Of a stretch of DNA of 64,000 nucleotides, positions 28,240 to 37,776 are shown one piece after another (position 1 is the stretch's first letter; the number at the start of each line of letters is the position of its first letter). The notes under the pieces are model-generated. The model did no database searches, was not told where the DNA came from, and was given only the letters and a program-made list of their open reading frames with translations. A program made the position numbers and the translations under genes. The stretch lies in the IMG/VR virus record IMGVR_UViG_3300031992_004571. The stretch is one strand, 5' to 3'. This DNA comes from a virus.

Positions 28240-28470
28240 TCAGTTACTTTGTTTCTTTTCGGGCAGTGCCGTAGTCCAACCAATGAAATTGAGCACGACA
28301 AACGCCACAACAGTTAATACTTTGACAAACCATAAACCGAATTTGTCAACCTCAGTCTCTTCGGAAAGCATCACCACGTTACAACAGATAAACAGCGACG
28401 CTAATGTGTACAACGACAGTTGACACACTTCAATTAAAATCAACCAATTCTTAGAACCTTTCATAAACAT
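28240..28470 (-). CDS. Small membrane protein (76 aa)
   Basis: Two TM helices. Confidence 0.35.
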   Translation of the reverse strand: MFMKGSKNWLILIEVCQLSLYTLASLFICCNVVMLSEETEVDKFGLWFVKVLTVVAFVVLNFIGWTTALPEKKQSN

Positions 28471-28789
28471 AAGTTATATTATCATATTGGACAAATTCAT
28501 AACTGACGGGACCTGAAACAGGTTCACATTCATACGTATCACCGTAATCATTCTGTTCATCCCTGAGAGCAACAAAAGAGAACAACAGGCACATGAGCAT
28601 CAGCATAATCATGTACACAGCAACGGTAACACCATGCTGGCCTGTCTCTTCGCCATGCTTGCGGATGTAATACCCACAGCATATCAGAAGACAGATGACA
28701 ACAAAGATAGAAGTCCAGAAATACTCCATCGCGAGCACCTTGATGAAGTCACCTGTAAAAAACACTGGGGAGAAAATAGTCATTGACAT
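28451..28789 (-). CDS. Small membrane protein (112 aa)
   Basis: Two to three TM helices. Confidence 0.35.
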   Translation of the reverse strand: MSMTIFSPVFFTGDFIKVLAMEYFWTSIFVVICLLICCGYYIRKHGEETGQHGVTVAVYMIMLMLMCLLFSFVALRDEQNDYGDTYECEPVSGPVSYEFVQYDNITYVYERF

Positions 28790-29151
28790 TCTTTTTTAAG
28801 GTTAAACATCTTCCTGCACGGACAGTTGGGATTATGAAAAATCTCACGATCCTTGAATATCAAATACTCGTGATTCTCATACTCAACTTTCTCAAAGGGT
28901 TCCTGCTTCTTTTCGTTGACACGTAAAGCCTTCTCAAAAAAGTAACAGATGGAAAAAAAAGCCACGAAAGCAACAGCACCACAAAGGGCAACACACCAGG
29001 ACATCCATTCTTTCCTTAAAGCTGCAGCTCTTCTGAATCCATACCACATCAGATATCCGAACATCACCATCACACAGATGCTGATAGCAATCTCAACGGC
29101 ATAGGGCTTATCCATAATCCCTGAGCCTAAGATATAACAGAACATATTCAT
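28780..29151 (-). CDS. Small membrane protein (123 aa)
   Basis: TM helices. Confidence 0.35.
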   Translation of the reverse strand: MNMFCYILGSGIMDKPYAVEIAISICVMVMFGYLMWYGFRRAAALRKEWMSWCVALCGAVAFVAFFSICYFFEKALRVNEKKQEPFEKVEYENHEYLIFKDREIFHNPNCPCRKMFNLKKECQ

Positions 29152-29162
29152 AACTACCTCCT

Positions 29163-29819
29163 TTATTTAAATGCGTTAGACTTGTCATTGATACAATGTT
29201 CCGTCTGAGGGTCATTGCAGATGTTCTCACTCGGATCATCACAGAGGTCTGCACAATGGCTGCAGAGAGTACAGTCATCATCAACCCACCAACATGTACC
29301 ATGGTCGGGATGCTCACAAGGATTGTCCTCGGTACATCCGCATATACGGCATACGCCCGGAATGGGCTTATCAACGGCTTGATAAAGTTCCTCAAAATCG
29401 AAGAAATAATCGTCGAGAGCCAGATACATCAGTTCTGGAGTCACCTCCTTACTGGTATCCATCACAAAGACACGCTTTCCCATGCCGTTCATGTGACCGG
29501 CCTCGATATGCGAGGAACGTCCGGCAGGAAGCAACAAGATACAAGTATCTGCATCCTGCATGGCAGCGAAATGCTCTTCAAAGCGTTTGATGCTCTGGCG
29601 ATCCAAGAGCATACGCTTGAAATCCTTACCTTTCAGACATTTCTCTACGTAAGCACTACGGAGGTTCTGAGTGACTGAGACGGACTCCCAGACTGGAACA
29701 TCGTTACGACCATAGGGATGCTTGAAGTCATAGACCTTATGACCGCGCTTCCGTAACTCTTCTACTAACTGCTGCTGGAACTTATTCTTCCAACTGCTTG
29801 CAATATAAATCCGTGACAT
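29163..29819 (-). CDS. Nucleoside 2-deoxyribosyltransferase-like domain protein with a C-terminal Cys-rich (probable metal-binding) tail
   Basis: MSRIYIASSWKNKF... flavodoxin-like NDT/DNPH1-type N-terminus. Tail CRICGCTEDNPCEHPDHGTCWWVDDDCTLCSHCADLCDD. Confidence 0.45.
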   Translation of the reverse strand: MSRIYIASSWKNKFQQQLVEELRKRGHKVYDFKHPYGRNDVPVWESVSVTQNLRSAYVEKCLKGKDFKRMLLDRQSIKRFEEHFAAMQDADTCILLLPAGRSSHIEAGHMNGMGKRVFVMDTSKEVTPELMYLALDDYFFDFEELYQAVDKPIPGVCRICGCTEDNPCEHPDHGTCWWVDDDCTLCSHCADLCDDPSENICNDPQTEHCINDKSNAFK

Positions 29820-29826
29820 AGGCTTT

Positions 29827-30531
29827 TTATTTTGAGGGTGAATATTCCTTTATCAGACAGTCGCAGATTTCCAAAACCTGCTCTACCTTATCTAAATCAA
29901 ACCAGTCTTCAGTCCTAACACGGGTTTCCATGTCAATCCAGAACATTTCATCAGAGGGGTATTCCAACAGGGTACGCAGCTTTTCAGCCACATTGTCAGG
30001 GCCAATACCTCCCGCATAGCCGATATGTACTCCTGGGGAGGTGATAATCTGAATGGGTGTGTCGATACCACAACCACATGAGGCATCTAAAAGGTAAGAT
30101 GCAAAAGGAGGACGCTGGCCGTTCAAGAACTGCTGACACAACTCCGGGGTGTGCATCTGGATAATCACCTCGTCAATATAAGGGATGGGTGCCAGACGGC
30201 GTAACTCAGAAAACAATCTTTCAGCATTAAGGTTCAACTGGCAGCGACGGAAAATCCTCGAATTGTTGCCTAACAGTTTTTCCATCTTAAACTTCTTACC
30301 GACAGCAACGTCAATAGCAGCCTGACCGCAGAAATGAGCAGAGAGGTTCAACCCTCTGCCTCTGAGAACAGAGAGAATAAGCGGATCCAAGAATCGGTTA
30401 CCGTTTTCCTGCCAGTCATACGACAGCAACACACCGAACTCCACAAAGGGGTATTTCTTCTGGAGCTGTACCAGACGCTTCACGTCTGTACGCTCATCAA
30501 AACCTGTAAATGTTACTTTTGTTAGTTTCAT
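29827..30531 (-). CDS. Ribulose-phosphate-binding (beta/alpha)8 barrel protein, TrpF (phosphoribosylanthranilate isomerase)-like
   Basis: LLDASCGCGIDTP and GYAGGIGPDNV resemble the PRAI motifs DAxxGGxGxxFDW and LAGGLxPxNV. Confidence 0.4.
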   Translation of the reverse strand: MKLTKVTFTGFDERTDVKRLVQLQKKYPFVEFGVLLSYDWQENGNRFLDPLILSVLRGRGLNLSAHFCGQAAIDVAVGKKFKMEKLLGNNSRIFRRCQLNLNAERLFSELRRLAPIPYIDEVIIQMHTPELCQQFLNGQRPPFASYLLDASCGCGIDTPIQIITSPGVHIGYAGGIGPDNVAEKLRTLLEYPSDEMFWIDMETRVRTEDWFDLDKVEQVLEICDCLIKEYSPSK

Positions 30532-30548
30532 ATCTTCGATAATTTAAA

Positions 30549-31367
30549 TTAGAATAGTTTCGGTTCCAAATCATAGTTATACACCATCACCTCCTGCTTG
30601 CGTCTCGCTTTTCCCTTGAAGTTCGCAACACGCATCGGCATATCCTTCACGGCCATGTTCCATCCATTCTGGGTGACATACTTACGAAGCATATCAGAGT
30701 CGAAGTTACACAACAGGAACTTTCCATGAAGGTGTGTGAGCATTTCGAGCAATTCCTCGAAATGCTCAAAGGTATAACCCTTATAGTGCTTCTGTTCACA
30801 ACCCGGATAAGGTGGATCAAGGAAAAAGAAGGTCTCTTCACGGTCACGCTGCTGGATAACCAAAGAGGCATCACGGCAGCTTATCTGCACATTCTTCAAC
30901 CGCTCATGGAGCGCAGGGGTGAATGCCTGACGGTAGTGTTCCATCACGATACCGCTATGACTGCCAGCAGTACCGTTGTCCCACTTCCAACCGCCACTCG
31001 GCGAACCAGAGAAAGACATATTGGTAACAAGCCATACCGCCCAGGCTAACTCTACCTTATTACCATAGCAACGGTCAGGATCAAGCCACCACTGATAGGC
31101 TGTCTTGTAATATCTCTCACTGTGAAGCGTCTGCTGCACTCGCTCCATCAACTCAGCAAACATCTTTTCGTCCTGGCACACCTCATAGAAGGTTATCAGA
31201 CGGTCATTGGTGTCATTGATAACCTCCAGATAACTCTTACCCTTGGCAAAGAAAACAGCACCACCGCCAAAGAACGGCTCACAATAGATTTTGTGAGACG
31301 GCATCATGTTAATGATGGTCTCTGCCAGCTGCTGCTTTCCTCCATAGTATGTTATAGGTGTACGCAT
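30549..31367 (-). CDS. Orphan DNA adenine methyltransferase, D12 class (Dam-like)
   Basis: PITYYGGKQQLAETII...YCEPFFGGGAVFF (motif I) and FFFLDPPYPG (motif IV DPPY). The track ORF begins at a TTG codon at 31403. ATG Met13 lies ~31366-31367. Confidence 0.8.
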   Translation of the reverse strand: MRTPITYYGGKQQLAETIINMMPSHKIYCEPFFGGGAVFFAKGKSYLEVINDTNDRLITFYEVCQDEKMFAELMERVQQTLHSERYYKTAYQWWLDPDRCYGNKVELAWAVWLVTNMSFSGSPSGGWKWDNGTAGSHSGIVMEHYRQAFTPALHERLKNVQISCRDASLVIQQRDREETFFFLDPPYPGCEQKHYKGYTFEHFEELLEMLTHLHGKFLLCNFDSDMLRKYVTQNGWNMAVKDMPMRVANFKGKARRKQEVMVYNYDLEPKLF

Positions 31368-31369
31368 AA

Positions 31370-32305
31370 TCAGAGATTTATAACATTGGATTTCCTTTCC
31401 CAAATCATCTTCTCAGAATCGGCAGCAATGATGGCATCCACATCCATGCCGAAATGGAGATGCAGACTCTCTAACAGGTCTTCAAGTTCCGTCAATGACT
31501 TCTTACCGAAATTGCGAAACTTCATCAAATCGGTCTTGTTACACTTCACAAGGTCGTAAAGTGTATCAACGTCAGCACCTTTTAAACAATTCAAAGACCT
31601 GACAGAAATGCCTAAATCATAGACTGGCGTATTCATCATGGCGGTAAAGGTTCCACCTTTATCACCTAACAGGTAATCATATTCTGATACTGGTGCAGTA
31701 TCGATATTGTTGATACGCTCCAGTTTCTTGACACGGTTCTGCAATGCTTCAATAACATTCTGGAAATTGGTATTGTCAAAAACAAGTTGCTTATATTCCC
31801 TACGTAACTCAGAGAACGTCTTCACCGTGGCAAGTTTGCGCACGGCATGACTGACAATCTGCATGATACGACTACGGGTAAGACCGTACTCTTCAGCCAC
31901 ATATTCCACATCCTTACCTTCAAGAAGCATCGTAAGAATAGTTTTCTCACGTTCTTTCAGTACATCGTCACCACTGGCCTCGATGATAACCGAAAAAATC
32001 TCATTGATAAGATGTGCGGGAACACCTTTTCCTAACAGGTGGATGGCAGAACGGGTATCATCAAGATTCTTCTCTAACTCCTTCTCTGCCAACTGAAGGT
32101 CACGCTTCGCCGCAAAGATTCTCTTTTCAATGAAAGCCAAGTCTGACAACGTATCGAAATACTTCTCGATAGTCGCTTTGTCTATCTTTAACAGACGGTC
32201 AACAAAATGACCTTTCAACACGCCCTTCTCAACCCAGTTGGAAATGGTCTGAGGGGTGACATCCAACAGCAGAGCTGCTTCGTCTCGGGATAAAAGCCTT
32301 GCCAT
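31370..32305 (-). CDS. Multidomain regulator: N-terminal excisionase/MerR-type HTH, central sigma-70 region-4/LuxR-like HTH, and a C-terminal RNA polymerase alpha-CTD-like (HhH) domain
   Basis: [114 protein letters not shown]. Confidence 0.5.
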   Translation of the reverse strand: MARLLSRDEAALLLDVTPQTISNWVEKGVLKGHFVDRLLKIDKATIEKYFDTLSDLAFIEKRIFAAKRDLQLAEKELEKNLDDTRSAIHLLGKGVPAHLINEIFSVIIEASGDDVLKEREKTILTMLLEGKDVEYVAEEYGLTRSRIMQIVSHAVRKLATVKTFSELRREYKQLVFDNTNFQNVIEALQNRVKKLERINNIDTAPVSEYDYLLGDKGGTFTAMMNTPVYDLGISVRSLNCLKGADVDTLYDLVKCNKTDLMKFRNFGKKSLTELEDLLESLHLHFGMDVDAIIAADSEKMIWERKSNVINL

Positions 32306-32609
32306 ATAATACTTCTTTTTATCGTTAATTACTCGTGGAAAGGAAAGCACTTCTGCTTTCTACATCACAATTGGACATCCAAGAATAACCAGATGCATGG
32401 TTATCAATCCGCTGCCCCACTATGTAACGCTGACACTGCCCTTTTAAAAGGCAGTTGACACCCTCACAAAACAGATATAGTTCATTCTTTTCCATAATCA
32501 CTTATCATCTAAATTCAACCTGCTACAAGCGGCCAGACCAGCCATGATAAAACCCATGAGAGTACCAAGGAGGAAACCGATGCCTCCGAAAACAAAATTC
32601 ATTAACATG

Positions 32610-34313
32610 TTACACTGCAATTTTTTGGAAATCAGATAAACGCTCTGCCAGGGCCTCACAGAGAACCCTTGACTGATTCACTTCAACGGCATTGCCAAGG
32701 AACTTTTTCTGTTCCGCCTGGCTGCCTATCAACACATAATCTTCAGGGAAACCCTGAATACGCTTTAACTCACGGATATTAAGCATCCTCATCTTGATAT
32801 CTATAATCCCATAAAGACCCATAAACTCCTTGATCTTACGGGTCATAGGGCTGTCTTCTTCGCATATGACAATACCCAACTCACCTTGACTGGTACTGAT
32901 GATATACGGCGGCATCTTATCCATCCGGGCAATCAGTGTGAAACAGGGATTATCAATACTGCCCCCATCACTCTTGAACGAATAGGGATTCATCAGGAAC
33001 TGGTCTGCTGAGACTAATTTCTGTTTGGGATTACAAAGAACAGCAGGATTAACTGTCTCAACAGATCCCAACTGACCGCCACCGCTGTACTCGTTGGCAA
33101 GGAATCTGTTGCCGACAATCTCTACCTCGTCAAGAGGTACATCAGGGATGGGAGAATCCAGGTCAATGTTCCCGTCATTGATGGGGACAACGGAAACAAG
33201 GGCATTCCTATCCTTCTGTGTCTCTGTAGGCGCAGGACTTTCGATGGAACTGTTATAGCCGTTCCCGAAGAAGACGGAAAGAAAGGCATTATGATCAATG
33301 CACGTTACAGTTCCAGCAGGCTTATCAAGCGTCTGGTTCTTGCTCATGGGGTCGCCGGAGAACTGCTTACTGAGAAAGTTAAACTTGACATAGCCAAGAC
33401 GGTTCTGGCAGGCAACGGTCGGTGATGGCTGATCAGTAGGCACAGGCTTGTAATTACCAGCCCTATTCATTGAATTGTACTTCAGAATCATATCATCATA
33501 CTCTTTCTTGCCTCCGGCTACAAACTTCACCAAACCAGCGTAAATACGTTCCAATGTCTTTTCACACAAAGGCTTTTTCTTTCCGAAGATGCTTGTGCCT
33601 TCATCATCGATGTCAAGCACCTCACGGACGGGCTTCCATTTCTTGTACTGATGGAACATACCGCCTTCGTCACCATTCTTGGCATATGTCTGTTCCGGGA
33701 AAACAATGGGAAGTCCCTTCTTAGCAAAGATACCGAAGAAACGCCTACGGCTGGTATAGGCCCCGAAGTCAGCGGCATTCAACAAGCGCCAGTCGTAGTC
33801 ATAGCCGTAACTCATGACTTGCTTGACCCATTTAATATAGGAACGCCCCTGGTCCTTGCTGACAGGCTTGCCGTGTTCATCAAGATCGCCCCAATACATG
33901 AATTCCCTCACATTCTCGATGTATATGTAATCGGTATATAATACGTCCATGTAACGGAAGAGGTGTTCAGCAAGGGTGCGGCTGTCTGCGTCGCGGGGCT
34001 GGCCACCCTTGGCATTACTGAAATTGGTGCACTCAAGACTGGCCCAAAGGACCGTTTTTGCATCTGGGTACTTCTTCTTCATCTTATCCAAATGCTTAAC
34101 CAGCGGACTCAACTCTAACGTCCTGATGTCCTCTGTGAAGTGCAGAGTATCAGGATGATTAGCCTGATGGGACTTGATAGCATTGGCATCATGGTTTACA
34201 CAAGCCACCACCTTGGCACATTTCTTTCCATGCAGACGTGCGTTTGCCACACCTGTAGATGTGCCGCCAGCACCGCAAAACAGGTCGATATATAAAAGAT
34301 TTACGTTATTCAT
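32610..34313 (-). CDS. Orphan DNA cytosine-5 methyltransferase (Dcm family)
   Basis: Motif I LYIDLFCGAGGTSTG (ATG at 34311-34313), motif IV-like IYIENVREF, 567 aa. Confidence 0.8.
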   Translation of the reverse strand: MNNVNLLYIDLFCGAGGTSTGVANARLHGKKCAKVVACVNHDANAIKSHQANHPDTLHFTEDIRTLELSPLVKHLDKMKKKYPDAKTVLWASLECTNFSNAKGGQPRDADSRTLAEHLFRYMDVLYTDYIYIENVREFMYWGDLDEHGKPVSKDQGRSYIKWVKQVMSYGYDYDWRLLNAADFGAYTSRRRFFGIFAKKGLPIVFPEQTYAKNGDEGGMFHQYKKWKPVREVLDIDDEGTSIFGKKKPLCEKTLERIYAGLVKFVAGGKKEYDDMILKYNSMNRAGNYKPVPTDQPSPTVACQNRLGYVKFNFLSKQFSGDPMSKNQTLDKPAGTVTCIDHNAFLSVFFGNGYNSSIESPAPTETQKDRNALVSVVPINDGNIDLDSPIPDVPLDEVEIVGNRFLANEYSGGGQLGSVETVNPAVLCNPKQKLVSADQFLMNPYSFKSDGGSIDNPCFTLIARMDKMPPYIISTSQGELGIVICEEDSPMTRKIKEFMGLYGIIDIKMRMLNIRELKRIQGFPEDYVLIGSQAEQKKFLGNAVEVNQSRVLCEALAERLSDFQKIAV

Positions 34314-34454
34314 TGTCTTTAATAAAATCTGGTTTGAACGAATAAGCATGAAGGTTACCGCCGCCCTCTCGCCAGGCGAAACCACCGTTCCATAGATGAA
34401 CCACCTCGGCATCATCCGGAATACGGCTTATCAGTTCCTTCAACTTCTTACCAT

Positions 34455-35075
34455 TCATAGTTGTTCAACTTCGTCAACCCCAGAGGACAACCGCTGCTGC
34501 AGGGTGTCTAAGTGGGCTGTCATGGAAAGCATACGCTCTGACAGACGATCCAACAATTCTATATCACCGGCATTCATCAGAATGGCCTTGATACTCTGGA
34601 TGTCGCTCTTCAAATCCTTGACGCTGCCGCGTCCTGTCTTCAGGCGACTCTTGTAGAACATCACATCATTACGGTGTTGGAGCCAGTAGGCATAGAGATT
34701 CATGAACTTCTCATATTCTGAGGCAGTCATATCGCCAGACTCCATGAGTCCACGCAGTTCTGGAGCAAACAACGGCTCCTGCTTCTTACGCAACTTCTCG
34801 ACATTCGTCTGGAGTTTGGCATTCTCTTTCTTTAGTTCGCTGTTCTCACTTTCAAGGCGGTCAACAAGGTCTTGAATATTCTTATAGTACTCTTTGCGCT
34901 CTTCGTCGTATTTCTTGAATTTCTCAATGAGTGCATTCTTCTCTTCGACGACCTTACGGAGACGCTTAATCTCCGTTTGGCCGACGAAACGAGGCAGACC
35001 TTTGTTCAAAACATAAGGCTGTATGTTTTCATCGGTCTGAGCCATGTCTGGCTTCTCTATATCGGGCTGTTTCAT
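34455..35075 (-). CDS. Coiled-coil protein (206 aa)
   Basis: K/E-rich heptad-like central region. Sits downstream of the flotillin operon. Confidence 0.45.
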   Translation of the reverse strand: MKQPDIEKPDMAQTDENIQPYVLNKGLPRFVGQTEIKRLRKVVEEKNALIEKFKKYDEERKEYYKNIQDLVDRLESENSELKKENAKLQTNVEKLRKKQEPLFAPELRGLMESGDMTASEYEKFMNLYAYWLQHRNDVMFYKSRLKTGRGSVKDLKSDIQSIKAILMNAGDIELLDRLSERMLSMTAHLDTLQQRLSSGVDEVEQL

Positions 35076-35077
35076 AA

Positions 35078-35785
35078 TTACAGTTGTTTTACGTCATTGA
35101 TGGTTACATTCTTGATTTCCACAGGAAGAAGAGACTTTTCAGAGATAGACTTGATGATATAATTTCCTATTTCGATAAAATGGTGTTCCACACCCTTTTC
35201 ACGAATGGCATATTGCAGGTCATGCACTGTGAGGTTTCCCTTCACATATTCCTTGACGGCTTCGTTGAACTCAGACGCGAAAACGACGTAGAACCAGTTA
35301 CCGCCATAGTTCTGCATGAGAGGCTTTTCCATATCCTTATTGATCTGTGAGGTGATACCTGTCTTGATTGTGACAGAAACACCATCTGACGTTTCTACGC
35401 CTTTAATCTCATGCTGCCATGTGTAAGGACTTGAAATAACTGATAACGTCACGGTAGTCTCTACAACACCAGAAGAAGTTGTATGGTGCTCTGGAACTGC
35501 AACATGGTAGGCTACTGCTGGGACTGTAGGAGCAACGGAGGCAACTTGGGATACCTCAACTTGTTCCTGCTCTTTATCTTGGCTCTTCTTAGAGTCCAGA
35601 TTAAAGATATATAAGGCACTGTATATAATGACTGCCAAGGTTACAAGAATACAGAAGACTTCACGAAAAGTTATACCAGAACTTTCCTTCTTTTTCTTGT
35701 TTTCAGGACTGCCATAAATGCCAAGATCTCTATTCATAACTGGAGTATTTAATATTACTTTTTGTTGGGAAGGGAATGCGCCCAT
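35078..35785 (-). CDS. Membrane-anchored protein downstream of flotillin
   Basis: TM ITFREVFCILVTLAVIIYSALYIF followed by an extracytoplasmic domain. Confidence 0.45.
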   Translation of the reverse strand: MGAFPSQQKVILNTPVMNRDLGIYGSPENKKKKESSGITFREVFCILVTLAVIIYSALYIFNLDSKKSQDKEQEQVEVSQVASVAPTVPAVAYHVAVPEHHTTSSGVVETTVTLSVISSPYTWQHEIKGVETSDGVSVTIKTGITSQINKDMEKPLMQNYGGNWFYVVFASEFNEAVKEYVKGNLTVHDLQYAIREKGVEHHFIEIGNYIIKSISEKSLLPVEIKNVTINDVKQL

Positions 35786-35809
35786 CAGGACGCACCCCTT
35801 AACTCTGTG

Positions 35810-37273
35810 TTATGCCTCGGGCTTGTCAACGATGGATTCAACAACCTCACCGGCACGGCTGCCTACAGGACCTCCCAGATTGATGTTACGGGTAGTCTTG
35901 GCATCAAAGGTTCCAGCCTTCATAATCTCTGCCATGTCAACACCCGTTGCAGACTGGATGACATCGAAAGCCTGCTTGATAGCCACAGGAACATTACCGC
36001 TGATAGAGGCAATACCACCACCGTCAGAACCTCCACTGTAAACGCGGACATCCTTGATGGAGCTGATAGGCTCAGCGACGTTCTTAACGACCTCTGGGAG
36101 TACTCCAACGAGCATCTGAATAACAGCGGCATTGTTATACTTCTTATAGGCTTCGGCTTTCTTGTCCATAGCCTGAGCTTCGGCCTCGCCCTTCTTCTGG
36201 ATGGCGTATGCCTCGGCTTCACCTTTGGCACGGATACCTGCGGCCTCCTGCTCCATAGCATATTTCTTAGCCTCTGCCTCGCGCTTCTGCTGTTCCAGCT
36301 TTGCAAGGGCATCCTTTTCTACCTTATACTTGTCAGCATCAGCTTTCTTCTCAATCTCGGCCTTCAACTGGTTGGCCTTGATCTCAACCTGCTCCTGAGT
36401 AAGAATCTTCTCTTGCTTGGTCTTCTCAATCTCAGCTTCTACGGTCTTTGTGTTGATGGTCTTCTGCTGCTCCTGCTTCTGAATCTCATAAGCTGCATCA
36501 GCATCGGCCTTGGCGGTGTCAGCCTGCTTCTTTAAATCAGCCTGTTTCAGGGCAAGGTCATTCTTCTTAATTGCGATAGCCTTGTCGGCTTCGATGCGGG
36601 CATCGTTGGCCTCCTTCTCAGCCTTGGCAGTCTCAATCTTCACGTCACGCTCTGCCGTGGCACGATTGATGGCAGCATCCTTCTTGATGCGGGCCAGGTT
36701 GTCAGCACCCAGATCCTTGATGGCACCTTCCTTGTCGGTGACATTCTGAATATTGCAACTGATAATCTCAATACCGAGCTTCGCCATATCCGGGGATGCT
36801 TTCTTCATCACCTGATCCGAAAATCCGTCACGGTCATTGTTCAGAGGCTTCAACTCCAGTGTACCGATAATCTCACGCATGTTACCTTGCAGGGACTCCT
36901 TCAACTGTTCCGTAATCTGTGAAGGGGTCATATTCAGGAAGTTCTTAGCGGCCAGACGCGTTCCTTCACTGGTGGGAGTCACGCGAACCTTGGCAATAGC
37001 ATCCACATCGACATTGATGAAATCCTTCGTAGGAACACTTACATCAGTCTTGATGTCAACGGAGATCTGTCCGAGATACACCACATCCAGACGCTCAAAG
37101 AACGGAATACGGAAACCACCAGAGCCAATGAGCACACGAGGCTCCTTGGAGAGACCGGAAATGATGTAGGCATTCGAGGGTGGTGCCTTTACATACGAAA
37201 TAAAAACTACTACTACCAGCACTAATACTGCAATGCAGATCCAAAAGATACTGGATGAAAATAAGCTAATCAT
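35810..37273 (-). CDS. Flotillin-like SPFH/band-7 family protein
   Basis: N-terminal TM, SPFH core (GGFRIPFFERLDVVYLGQISVDIKTD) and a long Ala/Glu-rich coiled-coil tail typical of flotillin/YqiK. Confidence 0.75.
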   Translation of the reverse strand: MISLFSSSIFWICIAVLVLVVVVFISYVKAPPSNAYIISGLSKEPRVLIGSGGFRIPFFERLDVVYLGQISVDIKTDVSVPTKDFINVDVDAIAKVRVTPTSEGTRLAAKNFLNMTPSQITEQLKESLQGNMREIIGTLELKPLNNDRDGFSDQVMKKASPDMAKLGIEIISCNIQNVTDKEGAIKDLGADNLARIKKDAAINRATAERDVKIETAKAEKEANDARIEADKAIAIKKNDLALKQADLKKQADTAKADADAAYEIQKQEQQKTINTKTVEAEIEKTKQEKILTQEQVEIKANQLKAEIEKKADADKYKVEKDALAKLEQQKREAEAKKYAMEQEAAGIRAKGEAEAYAIQKKGEAEAQAMDKKAEAYKKYNNAAVIQMLVGVLPEVVKNVAEPISSIKDVRVYSGGSDGGGIASISGNVPVAIKQAFDVIQSATGVDMAEIMKAGTFDAKTTRNINLGGPVGSRAGEVVESIVDKPEA

Positions 37274-37304
37274 AATACTTTGTTTTTAAAGATGAATAAA
37301 AAAG

Positions 37305-37538
37305 TTACATAATCTCGCTAAGTGCGCTAATGGCAGCGGTGATGTCGCTCTGACGCTGCATAATCTCATGTTTCAGGCTCTCTTTGGCGGCTTCGACGGT
37401 TCCCATCGGCTCACCAGTCATCACCTTCTCTTTACCGTCAGGTCTTGTGACTGTCACAAACCCCTGATACTTCAACACAATCTCGCCAGTCCATGCGACA
37501 GGCTTGATTTCCACTTTTGGTTCTACACTTTTTGCCAT
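37305..37538 (-). CDS. Hypothetical small protein (77 aa)
   Basis: ORF upstream of flotillin. Confidence 0.35.
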   Translation of the reverse strand: MAKSVEPKVEIKPVAWTGEIVLKYQGFVTVTRPDGKEKVMTGEPMGTVEAAKESLKHEIMQRQSDITAAISALSEIM

Positions 37539-37553
37539 AATACTTATTTTTAA

Positions 37554-37769
37554 TTAGTTACTTAAATGTTCATTGGAAAGGGAAGGACTTTCACAAGGGC
37601 TTCCCTCATTGTTTTTATGAATTTCACTTTGTTGAGTAACATCTATATCTGTGTCATCGGCTGTACTCCGATTGCCAGCATAAAACATGGCATAGCAGAG
37701 CAAAATCTGTACGGCAAATCCTATGAGGATGCACAGCACGATAATTGAAACAATACCCCAGTCACTCAT
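37554..37769 (-). CDS. Small membrane protein (71 aa)
   Basis: One TM (IVSIIVLCILIGFAVQILLCYAMFYAG). Confidence 0.35.
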   Translation of the reverse strand: MSDWGIVSIIVLCILIGFAVQILLCYAMFYAGNRSTADDTDIDVTQQSEIHKNNEGSPCESPSLSNEHLSN

Positions 37770-37776
37770 AGTCTCA

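Noticed and set aside
31360-31405. Apparent 1-nt frame inconsistency between my reading of the printed sequence near 31380 and the ORF track for the Dam and regulator genes
   Set aside because: Both ORF ends check out against the printed coordinates. Treated as my transcription uncertainty. I kept the track frames and flag +/-1 nt on the Dam ATG (31366-31367). The track start at 31403 is a TTG codon.
35762-36535. 257-aa plus-strand ORF antisense to the flotillin gene
   Set aside because: Leu-rich low-complexity translation of the antisense of an Ala/Glu-rich coiled-coil, so it is spurious.
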